Of a stretch of 64,000 nt of DNA, positions 55,684 through 64,000 are shown one piece after another (within the stretch, counting starts at the first letter, position 1; the number at the start of each line of letters is the position of its first letter). A program made the translations under genes and the position numbers. The stretch is from an uncultured Chloroflexia bacterium (lineage in GTDB: Bacteria; Chloroflexota; Anaerolineae; JAAYZQ01): positions 219,333 through 283,332 of the forward strand of contig CAVOXA010000005.1 in assembly GCA_963700285.1 (NCBI GenBank), in the 5' to 3' direction. The notes beneath the pieces are model-generated. The model ran no database searches and had not been told where the DNA came from. It was given only the letters and a program-made list of their open reading frames with translations.

Positions 55684-56481
55684 CTACTTGATCCGGACTG
55701 TGGTCGTGGCCAATCTTGTGCCGTGGAAATTGGCCAACATGCATAGCTGTAGATTCATCGCATGCAGGTGCGCTCGCAGTTTTTCCGCCAGTGTGTCGGT
55801 AGCCTGCTGAAGTGCAAACGCGGCAAGCAACACTTTGCCTTCCACGAGAATCAGCCGTACGTCTTGGTAACCCAGAAGATTGCCTTTGTATTCTACGGGT
55901 AGTCTCCTGATATAGTCGTAGTCCAGGCCGCTACGGCGCAACTCGATCAGGGCCGCTCGGCGATAGACCTGGTGCAGGAAGCCTGGCCCCAGGATGAAAT
56001 GAACGCGATGACAGGCACGCAGGACAGCGTTGACCAGGTCCGCGTGAAGCAGTCCTGGACTAGCGGCTCTGGGCTCCCAGGTGAATTCTGTCGGACTGAC
56101 CTTCAGAAAATTGGGCAATCGCTGGTCCTCGAGAGACGGGCCTCCATAATTGGCGACTATGGCCAGGTCTGCATTGCTGACTTTTAGATAGGATATGGCT
56201 TGTGCCTTGTGCAGAGGTTCGATGCTGGGTGCAACTTTCAGCTCAAGCAAGATCTTGCCGCCCTCGACCCAAGCATCGACGTAGTAGAGCCCGACCCGTT
56301 CGCCCTCGTAAAAGACTTCAAAGGACTTCTCCAACTGACAGGCGATCCCACGGTCCCTGAGCCCTAGCGCGATGGCATCCTGGTAGTATTCCTCCGTGAG
56401 CATCGGGCCCAGGGTATTGTAGACGTCCAGGAGCACACCTCTCACCTGGTAGCTGAGTTCAGGATGAATCAATCTGGCCAT
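55684..56481 (-). CDS. Tandem GxxExxY protein (PD-(D/E)XK nuclease-like), two domains
   Basis: LGPMLTEEYY..D..VEG..LELK..HKAQAISYL; second domain LGPGFLHQVY with degenerate catalytic residues. Confidence 0.85.
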   Translation of the reverse strand: MARLIHPELSYQVRGVLLDVYNTLGPMLTEEYYQDAIALGLRDRGIACQLEKSFEVFYEGERVGLYYVDAWVEGGKILLELKVAPSIEPLHKAQAISYLKVSNADLAIVANYGGPSLEDQRLPNFLKVSPTEFTWEPRAASPGLLHADLVNAVLRACHRVHFILGPGFLHQVYRRAALIELRRSGLDYDYIRRLPVEYKGNLLGYQDVRLILVEGKVLLAAFALQQATDTLAEKLRAHLHAMNLQLCMLANFHGTRLATTTVRIK

Positions 56482-56598
56482 GCTTCTGGCCTCCGCCCTG
56501 GCTACTATCGATTCGTTCTTTTCCAAATTCGTTTCGGGTCACCGTCGATTCGTTCCTTTCCCAATTCGTTGTTGTGTTCTATGCGCCTCCGCGGTGAA

Positions 56599-57507
56599 TC
56601 AGCTCCCACCAGCAGCCGCCATGGCCAGCGACAGGTAGCGGGTCTCGGCGCTGTCAGCGCGGGAGGAGATGAGAATGGGGACTCTGGCGCCGACGACCAG
56701 GCCGGCCATCCGGGCGCCGGCAAAGTACTGGAGACCCTTGGCCACGATATTGCCCGCCTCGACGTTGGGCACAATGAGGACGTCGGCCAGGCCGCCGATG
56801 GGTGAGCTGCTTTCCTCCAGTTGCGCGGCCTCCGGAGAGATGGCCAGTTCCAGGCCCAGGGGGCCATCGACGACGGCGCCCTCGACCCAGCCCTGCTCGG
56901 CCATTTTGGAGAGGGCCAAGGCGTCGATGCTGGCCGGGATCTTGGGATGGACGGTCTCGCTGGCGGCCAGGATGGCGACCTTGGGTTCGGCGACGCCAAA
57001 GAGGTGCGCCACCGCGACCACGTTGTTGATGATCTCCAGCTTCTGGTAGACGTCGGGATAGACCATGACCCCGGAGTCGCTGAGGTAGATGAGGCGGTCC
57101 ATGCCCGGGAGTTCAAAGAGGGCCACATGCGACAGCAGCCCGCGCCCGCGAAGCCCATGGTGGCGGTCCAGGGCGGCGCCCAGCAGCTCGGAGGTCTTGA
57201 CCTGTCCCTTGACGACGACGCTGGCCTGCCCCTCCCGAGCCAGGCGCACCGCGTGTCGGGCGGCGTTGAGACGTTCCGGTTCATGGTAGATGGCCGCCTG
57301 GCTGAGGTCCGCTCCGGCCTGGGCCGCCAGCGCTTCGATGGCCGGCGCATCGCCCACCAGGCTCACCTGGATCATTCCCTCCCGTTGGGCCTGGTCCACG
57401 GCCTTGAGCACCTCCAGGTCGTGGGCCGCGGCCACGGCAACCCGGACGGGGCCGGCCCGCCGGGCGGCGGCGACCATGTCGTCAAAGGACGCGATTTTCG
57501 GGATCAT
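56599..57507 (-). CDS. ptb: Phosphate butyryltransferase / phosphate acyltransferase
   Basis: VAVAAAHD, VKGQVKT, VDGPLG, VPNVEAGN, SSRADS. Confidence 0.88.
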   Translation of the reverse strand: MIPKIASFDDMVAAARRAGPVRVAVAAAHDLEVLKAVDQAQREGMIQVSLVGDAPAIEALAAQAGADLSQAAIYHEPERLNAARHAVRLAREGQASVVVKGQVKTSELLGAALDRHHGLRGRGLLSHVALFELPGMDRLIYLSDSGVMVYPDVYQKLEIINNVVAVAHLFGVAEPKVAILAASETVHPKIPASIDALALSKMAEQGWVEGAVVDGPLGLELAISPEAAQLEESSSPIGGLADVLIVPNVEAGNIVAKGLQYFAGARMAGLVVGARVPILISSRADSAETRYLSLAMAAAGGS

Positions 57508-57634
57508 GGATTCTCAGCCTCTTTTTGGTTGACGACGGACGATGGACGACGGAACACGGACGCATCACGCAACACGAAACACGCACCACGGAACGCCATC
57601 ATCGCACTGCACTTGACCTTTTCCACCAGGCAGG

Positions 57635-58813
57635 CTACATCCCGCTCTCCTGCCTCAAATAGCGCAGCGCGCTCTCGGCCAGCACGGCGGCGCCCACCGG
57701 CAGGCAGCGCTCATCCACGTCAAAGCGCGGATGGTGGTGCATACGGGCCGGGCCCTCAGCCACCAGGCCGCCCAGGGTAAAGAAGCAGCCTGGCGCCTCG
57801 CGGGCAAAGTAGCTGAAATCCTCGGCGCCCATCTCCAGCGCCGCGTCCCCCACGTTCTCCTCGCCCAGGAGATCGACGCCCACCTGCCGTACCAGCTCGG
57901 TCATGGCCGGGTCGTTGACGATGGCGATGAAGCCGGGGTGGATGGTCAGCTCAAAGTCTCCGCCCAGGGCGCGGGCCACGCCGCAGGCGCGTTCCATCTC
58001 GACAAAGAGGGTTTCCCGCAGCTCAGGCTCAAAGGTGCGGATGCTGCCGGTCATGGTCACCCTGCCCGTGATGATGTTGTCCTTGGTCCCGCCCTCAATG
58101 GTACCGATGGTGATGACGCGGCCCTGTGTCGGCTCCAGGCGGCGGGAGATCACGGTCTGCAGGGCGTTGATGACCTGGGCGCTGATTACAATCGCGTCGA
58201 AACCCTGGTGGGGATAGGCGCCATGGGCTTCATCACCCTTTACCACCAGCGTAAAGGCATCCACAGCAGCGCTGGCTGGTCCCACGCGGGTCTGGATCTG
58301 GCCCACCGGCATTTCGGACCAGACGTGCAGGCCCATTACTGCGTCCACACCCTCCATGGCTCCCTCTTCCATCATGCGCATGGCGCCGCTCTGGCCTTCT
58401 TCGTCCTGGTCCTCCTCGGAGGGCTGGAACAGGAAGCGTACCTGGCCGGGCAGGCGGCCGGCGGCGGCCTCTTCGGCCAGGAGCTGGGCGGCCCCCAGCA
58501 GGCAGGCGACGTGGGTGTCGTGGCCGCAGGAGTGCATCACACCGGGCACCTGGGAGGCGTAGGGGACGTCATTCGCCTCCTGCATGGGCAGGGCGTCCAT
58601 GTCGGCCCGCAGGGCCACGCGCGGGCCCTCCTGGCCCAGGTCGCCGATGACGCCGGTCTTGCCCACACCGGTGCGTGCGGCGATGCCCAGTTCAGCCAGC
58701 CGGTCGGCAACCAGTTGGGCGGTGCGGTATTCCTGGAAAGAGAGTTCGGGGTGCTGGTGGATGTCCTGACGTACCGCGCTCAAGGTATCTTGCAGATCCT
58801 GTGCTCGTTTCAC
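57635..58813 (-). CDS. M20D family amidohydrolase
   Basis: HQHPELSFQE, RADMDALP, MHSCGHD, FQPSEE, AEDF, HHPRF. Confidence 0.93.
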   Translation of the reverse strand: MKRAQDLQDTLSAVRQDIHQHPELSFQEYRTAQLVADRLAELGIAARTGVGKTGVIGDLGQEGPRVALRADMDALPMQEANDVPYASQVPGVMHSCGHDTHVACLLGAAQLLAEEAAAGRLPGQVRFLFQPSEEDQDEEGQSGAMRMMEEGAMEGVDAVMGLHVWSEMPVGQIQTRVGPASAAVDAFTLVVKGDEAHGAYPHQGFDAIVISAQVINALQTVISRRLEPTQGRVITIGTIEGGTKDNIITGRVTMTGSIRTFEPELRETLFVEMERACGVARALGGDFELTIHPGFIAIVNDPAMTELVRQVGVDLLGEENVGDAALEMGAEDFSYFAREAPGCFFTLGGLVAEGPARMHHHPRFDVDERCLPVGAAVLAESALRYLRQESGM

Positions 58814-59027
58814 ATGATGGAGGCATTATAGCACGTTCCGAGCGCTGGAGCAAGGGGCTGGAGTAGCCAGCCCAGGGCAATCACATTTGGGTTGAACTTA
58901 CCCTGAGCCAAAGGCGCTAACCGCAGCAGCCGGCTGCACTCTGGCATCATGCTCGGAATCCGTCAGGCGCCTTGGGATCTGATTTGATGCAGTCGTGACT
59001 GATATTGTCCAGAATGCGGGACGTGCC

Positions 59028-59056
59028 TTGACAGGGGATTCAGATTGTAGTATAAT
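59028..59056 (+). promoter_or_regulatory. Perfect consensus sigma-70 promoter with no obvious downstream CDS
   Basis: TTGACA-17 bp-TATAAT. Confidence 0.75.
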
Positions 59057-59084
59057 AACAATGACGGAAACACCGTGAGGCGAG

Positions 59085-59195
59085 ACTCAGGGTGCTGGTG
59101 GATAACTGACGTACCGGCTCAAGTCGTGCAGATCCTGTGCTCGTTTCAGCATTGGAGGCTCCTTGGTTCTGGGTTTGGGGCCATTATAGCACGCC
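59085..59195 (-). repeat. Diverged duplicate of the amidohydrolase 5' end and its -10 region (matches ~58745-58835)
   Basis: GTGCTGGTGGAT..CTGACGTACC..TGCAGATCCTGTGCTCGTTTCA..GGAGGC..CATTATAGCACG shared. Confidence 0.85.
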
Positions 59196-59469
59196 ACGTG
59201 CCTGCGCGCAAAGCAGGAAAGATGGCTGAGGTGGCAGTGCGGCGGCGGTGTACAGACCCTCTGGAGGCTGTCCCACTGTCTCACTATCCCGGCGTGTGCC
59301 CTCGGCGGTAACGCTTCCATTGCATAGGGCGCAGGTTCGTAACCTGACCATGCCAGTTCTCAGCACGGGACCATGGTCGGGCGGTTGGTAATCCGCACGA
59401 TTTCCACCGAGATGGACACTCTGATCCCGCAGGGCTGTTGCTGTGTCCCTTGGCATACACTGCCGGCCC

Positions 59470-59544
59470 GATCTGTCATTGCGAGGCGCGCCGTTTGCGC
59501 CGTGGCAATCCCCAGGGCAAAGGTGGGGATCGCATTCCCTCGGC
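59470..59544. repeat. Interspersed REP/MITE-like element (partial copy 3, inverted)
   Basis: Reverse complement of 52985-53060. Confidence 0.7.
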
Positions 59545-59554
59545 TGATCCTTAT

Positions 59555-59607
59555 TAACTTTTTTTTAACCTAACTGTTACCAGGCGTTTACCTTTATCCA
59601 GTATAAT
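59555..59607 (+). promoter_or_regulatory. Promoter with four 11-bp-phased T[TA]ACC boxes
   Basis: Boxes at 59555, 59566, 59577, 59588; TATAAT at 59602. Confidence 0.7.
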
Positions 59608-59754
59608 GTGTGCGGGCGCTGTGGGCTCTCGATCGCTGGCGTGCCTGGCAGTTTACCCTTCTATCGCCGAGATTGATCGATTCGAAGAGACGCTGGACCC
59701 ATAGAGAAATCCGATGTTTCGCGTTCGATGGGGAATTGCAAAGGAGGAGGAGTA

Positions 59755-62066
59755 ATGAAGACGCAGAGGATTCTCGCAATTCTGGTACTGTTGGCTCTGG
59801 TCGCGATGGCCCCGGCGGTGGCGGTCGGTGCCCCATCGGCCACGCCGCAGGTGGACGGCCGCTTTTACGGGAACAACGACAGGGCCAACTATACGATCGT
59901 GGCCACGGCGCTGGACGACCGTGGAACCCTGTACCAGCACTATGACGCGGCGAGCCAGGTGCTATACCTGGCCGTTGAGGTCGCGCCCAAGGTCAACGAC
60001 AACGTCTTTGGCGACAGCAAAAACGGCAGGCCTGACCAAGCCTATGTGTACAGTTCGGGGTGGACTCAGGAGCACAGTGCCAAGAAGCTGATCAAGTCAG
60101 ACAATGTTGGCCTTAGCTTTTGGTGCGGCGGCACCGTCGCTACCTGGCAGCAAGGCTACCTGTACGACAGTGATGGTGACGAGGATCCCTCCGAAGCCGA
60201 CTGGCTGTCGACGCCCGCCGATGACAGTGGCGGTGGGGGGACGCCGCCACCCGGGCTCATGGCTACGGCCAGTACGGGGATGTGGAACATGAACACCTCG
60301 GCTTGGGATGTCACGCTGGGTGGGGCGCGGACCAGCAGCGACGACTGGAAATCGCCTGATGGGCCGGCAGATCGCAGCAACATGGACGGTACCGTCCTGG
60401 TGGGCGACGGCTACAGCGCTGGCGATGGCTGGTACTGGGTCGACCCACTCCACCCCGACCAGGGCTGGGAGTGGGCCATCGTCTACGAGATGAGCATCGA
60501 CGTCAGTGCCTGCGGCGGACAGTACGGCGTCGACATCCTCAGCGCCCACAACTCGCCGCCCAAAGACTATAATGACGTGCCCATCCCCGTGGCCGACTTT
60601 GGCGATGCGCCAGACCCGGCCTATCCCACCTTGCTGGCCAATTCGGGCGCCTACCACGTCCTGCCTCTGGAGGGTGGCGGCCCGATGCTGGGCCCCACCG
60701 TCGACAAGGACCCCGACGGCCAGCCCGAGGCCCATGCTCAGGGCGATGACTACAATGACGAAGGGGACGACGAAGACGGCGTGTGCTTCTGTGCCGCGCC
60801 GGTGCTGTGGGGCCAGACGGGGACGGTGGATGTGGAGGTTTCGGCCCTGGACTGCTTTGTAAATGCCTGGCTTGACTTTGGAGGGGATGGGGCATGGACG
60901 CAGGCTGGCGACCAGATCCTGATGGATCTCCCTCTGGCGGCGGGCACACCCATTACCCCTCTTTCTCCGTGCCCTCAGGATCGGGTTGGTTGGTCACCTA
61001 CTCTCGTTTCCGCTGTAGTACCACCGACAGCGCGACGGGCGGGTACACGCACGTTGGCCGCGCGCCCGACGGCGAGGTCGAGGACTATGAGCTGGTGGTC
61101 AACGATGTCCCGGTAGAGTTCGGCGACCTGCCGGACCTCTATGGCACCACGCTGGGCAAGTCGGGGGCCTATCACTTTGTCCTCCCAGACTTTTTCCTGG
61201 GCGCCTCGGCCGATGGGGAGGGCAACGGAAATCCCAGTCCCGACGCCGACGGTGATGACACCTGCCCGCCAAGCGGGCTGGGTGGGCAGGACGACGAAGA
61301 CGGCGTTAGGTTGCCGGCAAGGCTCGATCCAGGAGGGGAGTCCTGCGTGGAGGTCTACCTGACTGACACAAGGGATCCGCGCCGGGGCGGCGTTCTGGAT
61401 GCCTGGATGGACTTTGACGCCAACGGCTGGGACTCTGGCGATCGGATCATCACCGCTCACAAGCTGACCAAGGCTACCTGGAACACGATATGCTTTCCGG
61501 TGCCGCAGCGAGGGGGGACCGGGAGGACTGGCTCCGGTCGGGACCACGATCTACAGCCGTTTCCGCCTGAGCGAGGACACCGGGCGACTGGCTGCTACGA
61601 TGGGGCCGACAGCCATCAGTGGCGTCGACGATCCCACGGGACCGGGTGGCAACGGCGAGGTGGAGGATTATCGGACGAGGCACCTACGGTGGCGACGGCG
61701 GTTTCTTTCACGGCCAGCCAGGCCGGGCGGTCGGTTCTTGTCGAGTGGGAGACGGCCAGCGAGATTGATAACCTGGGCTTCAACCTGTACCGGGCTGAGT
61801 CGGAGGATGGCGTCCGGATCAAACTGAACGAGGCGCTGATCCCCAGCCAGATGCCGCCAGGCAGTCCAGTGGGTGCAGCCTACGAGTTTGTGGACGAAGC
61901 CATCGAACTGGGCGTGGTCTATGACTACTGGCTCGAGGCTGTGGATATCCACGGCCAGGCGGAGACCTACGGCCCGGTCAGCGCGGGGCTGCTGACCATG
62001 GTGATTGACCCGGGCCTGTGGAGACTCAGCCCAATGACGCGTCTGAGGCCGGCGAATAGAGGCTGA
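59755..62066 (+). CDS. Secreted GEVED-repeat protein, frameshifted
   Basis: Signal peptide; two DFGD.P..Y.T...GA.H...DDEDGV...W.DF...GEVEDY repeats; C-terminal VSFTA..WETASEIDNLGFNLYR domain. Confidence 0.85.
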
Positions 62067-62083
62067 TAGCCGCTTGTCTGTCG

Positions 62084-62127
62084 ACCGCCCCGGTCCTGGC
62101 CTCGACAGGGACCGGGGCGGTTCTCTT
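62084..62127 (+). terminator. Rho-independent terminator
   Basis: ACCGCCCCGGTCC / GGACCGGGGCGGT stem followed by TCTCTT. Confidence 0.7.
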
Positions 62128-62206
62128 GTCATTCCCTGCCGTGCCTGCCCCCGCGTGCCTGAGAGGTTCCGTATTGCCAAGGAGCCGAGGGCCTGGGCCA
62201 GTTTTG

Positions 62207-62259
62207 TTACCCATTTTTAACCAGTTCGTTACCTGGCGTATACCTTGGCTAGGTACAAT
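62207..62259 (+). promoter_or_regulatory. Promoter with four 11-bp-phased T[TA]ACC boxes
   Basis: Boxes at 62207, 62218, 62229, 62240; TACAAT at 62254. Confidence 0.7.
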
Positions 62260-62477
62260 GGAGCAGGGGAGGTTTGTCTTCGGTCCTCTCTCGGTGATTC
62301 TCTGACGGCGGAGGCCTCCCTGTCGGCTGTTCGTTGGTCTGCGGTACGGCGGCCACGAATTCCATACGCAAAAGCAGGCGGGGAACCCACCGCCGGTGCT
62401 TAGTCAGCGCGTGACCGAGGCGTCCTTGCTCCTGACCGGGGCGACGAGCCGTGCTGATTGACTGGAGGTGCCGACCA

Positions 62478-64000
62478 ATGGCCAGGTCCCTACGTGTGCT
62501 GATGAGGTTGGTTCTGATTTCGGGCAGTCTCTTTCTTCTTGTGCCTCGCGTCTACCGGAACGGCCCAGGAGGACCCTATGTTGCTGTGTCCAAGACGGCC
62601 ACCTACCTGGGCGGCTGTCGCCGGTACGAGGTCACGCTGACCCTGACCGGCACCCGCCCCCCCCTGACGAACGCCGACGTGATGCTGGTCATCGACCGCT
62701 CCGGGTCGATGAACGATGGCGGCAATGGCTGTACGCTGCCCGGCTACGGAACCCAGGCGGCCTGTCAGACCGCGGGAGGTGTGTGGGGCATCCAGCCCTT
62801 CACCTCTGTCAAGGAGGCGGCCAAGGGTCTTGTCGCCAAACTGCAGGCCGGTGACAAAGTCGGGCTCGTTTCCTACGAGTCTTCTGCCACTGAGAACCAG
62901 GCATTGACCTCGAGCCATGGAACCGTTACCACCGCCATCAACGGCTTGAGCGTCGACTCTTTCGGGCGCACGAATATTGGAGCGGGCGTCAACCTGGCCC
63001 GACAGGAGCTGGCTGACAATGGCCGCAGCGGCGTAGAAAAGGTCATTGTCGTGATTTCGGACGGCGTCGCCAACCGGTCCCAGTCCTCTTGCTCTAACTG
63101 CGGTACCTATCCCTGCGCGAGCACTTGTTGTACCCAGGACGCCGTCGCGCAAGCTGGATTGGCCAAGACGGCGGGTTATTCGGTCTTTAGCATCTTTTTG
63201 GAGAACATCAACGACTCTGACTATGGCTGTACCGAGGCTGGGGTCAGGCAATTGGGGGAGGATACCATGCGGGCCGTGGCCTCCGGGTCTGACTTTTTCT
63301 ATTCGACCGCCAACCCCACCGCCCTCGCCGCTATCTATGAAAAGATCGCCGGTCAGGTCTCGCCGGCAGCCACCGCCCTTGCCGTGTCCGATCCCATGGG
63401 CAGTGGCTTTCAGGTCGATCCCACCAGCCTGAACGCTTCGGCCGGCACGGCCAGTGTCAGCGGCCAGACGGTCGCCTGGGATCTGGATCTGCTGGGCGAG
63501 GAGACGGTGACGCTGACCTACGAGGTCACCGCCCCCACGGCCAACGCGGGTCAGGACTTGGCCGTCAACAACGCGGCGGTGATGGACTATACCGACCACC
63601 TGGGCAATGCAGCGCAGGAGCCTTTTCCCGATCCCACCGTTTGTGTCCAGCCGCCCGATCCGGTCGCTTCCTTCAGTTGGGAAGAGACCGAATGGAAGAC
63701 GTACGAGTTCACCGATCTCTCAGTTCCTGGCGTCGCCGGTGGTTGCGCAACCGGTGGGGGCTGCGCCATAAGCACCTGGCTCTGGAGTTTTGGTGACGGG
63801 AACTCGTCCACGGAGCAGAATCCAGTCCATACCTACGCCAGCGGCGGCGGCCACAATGTGGAACTCACGGTGACCTGCGCCTGTGGTTGCGAGGATACCT
63901 ACGCGGTCAGACCAACGTCGGTTTCCCTTTCCTCCTTCACGGCGACGTCTGCTGGCGACAGGTTGGTCCTGGCCTGGGAGACGGTGAGTGAGATCGATAA
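62478..64000 (+). CDS. Secreted vWA + PKD domain protein, open at the window end (not in the ORF track)
   Basis: GGAGG RBS, hydrophobic N-terminus, DVMLVIDRSGSM (MIDAS), TNIGAG, ISDG, WSFGDG..QNPVHTY, SFTA..WETVSEID in the same frame. Confidence 0.88.
   Translation, partial: MARSLRVLMRLVLISGSLFLLVPRVYRNGPGGPYVAVSKTATYLGGCRRYEVTLTLTGTRPPLTNADVMLVIDRSGSMNDGGNGCTLPGYGTQAACQTAGGVWGIQPFTSVKEAAKGLVAKLQAGDKVGLVSYESSATENQALTSSHGTVTTAINGLSVDSFGRTNIGAGVNLARQELADNGRSGVEKVIVVISDGVANRSQSSCSNCGTYPCASTCCTQDAVAQAGLAKTAGYSVFSIFLENINDSDYGCTEAGVRQLGEDTMRAVASGSDFFYSTANPTALAAIYEKIAGQVSPAATALAVSDPMGSGFQVDPTSLNASAGTASVSGQTVAWDLDLLGEETVTLTYEVTAPTANAGQDLAVNNAAVMDYTDHLGNAAQEPFPDPTVCVQPPDPVASFSWEETEWKTYEFTDLSVPGVAGGCATGGGCAISTWLWSFGDGNSSTEQNPVHTYASGGGHNVELTVTCACGCEDTYAVRPTSVSLSSFTATSAGDRLVLAWETVSEID

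Noticed and set aside
62270-62470. Cyclic dinucleotide riboswitch in the long leader of the vWA gene
   Set aside because: Only fragments (ACGCAAAAGC, GGGGAACCCA) resemble known motifs and I could not build the full fold; an Infernal search is needed
62490-63599. 369-aa minus-strand ORF and similar long antisense ORFs elsewhere
   Set aside because: Shadow ORFs opposite well-supported genes in high-GC DNA

Overview
GC-rich bacterial window. Gene content and repeat styles suggest Chloroflexota (Anaerolineae-like), which is an inference. Many genes carry single-base frameshifts consistent with an unpolished long-read assembly, so most split ORFs are treated as one gene. In order, the window holds: a rhamnose-type sugar ABC operon whose binding protein has a near-identical tandem domain duplication, with a DeoR regulator fused to a sugar-binding domain; an ion/osmotic-stress cluster (2 DHH phosphoesterases, MscS, TrkA-C permease, ArsB/NhaD-type permease, 2 USPs); alkaline phosphatase, SDR and RidA; a MalT-like regulator upstream of a UGA-readthrough PrdB/GrdB-like selenoprotein; a peptide ABC/creatininase/RraA cluster; a sigma-70-like remnant and a PKD protein; an ~11 kb cyclic-nucleotide-centred locus; a Moco/Wco-riboswitch-led AOR operon; acs; a GxxExxY nuclease flanked by inverted repeats; Ptb; an M20 amidohydrolase; and two secreted GEVED/vWA proteins with matching promoters. 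The best candidate for an undescribed system is 39.0-49.9 kb. It has an adenylate cyclase remnant, an HD phosphohydrolase, an MFS-cNMP fusion, a 1.5 kb higher-order hairpin repeat array, CRP, three CRP boxes, an NHLP/Nif11-like peptide precursor, an M16 peptidase and an RRE-M50-2xcNMP protease, with no tailoring enzyme in the locus.
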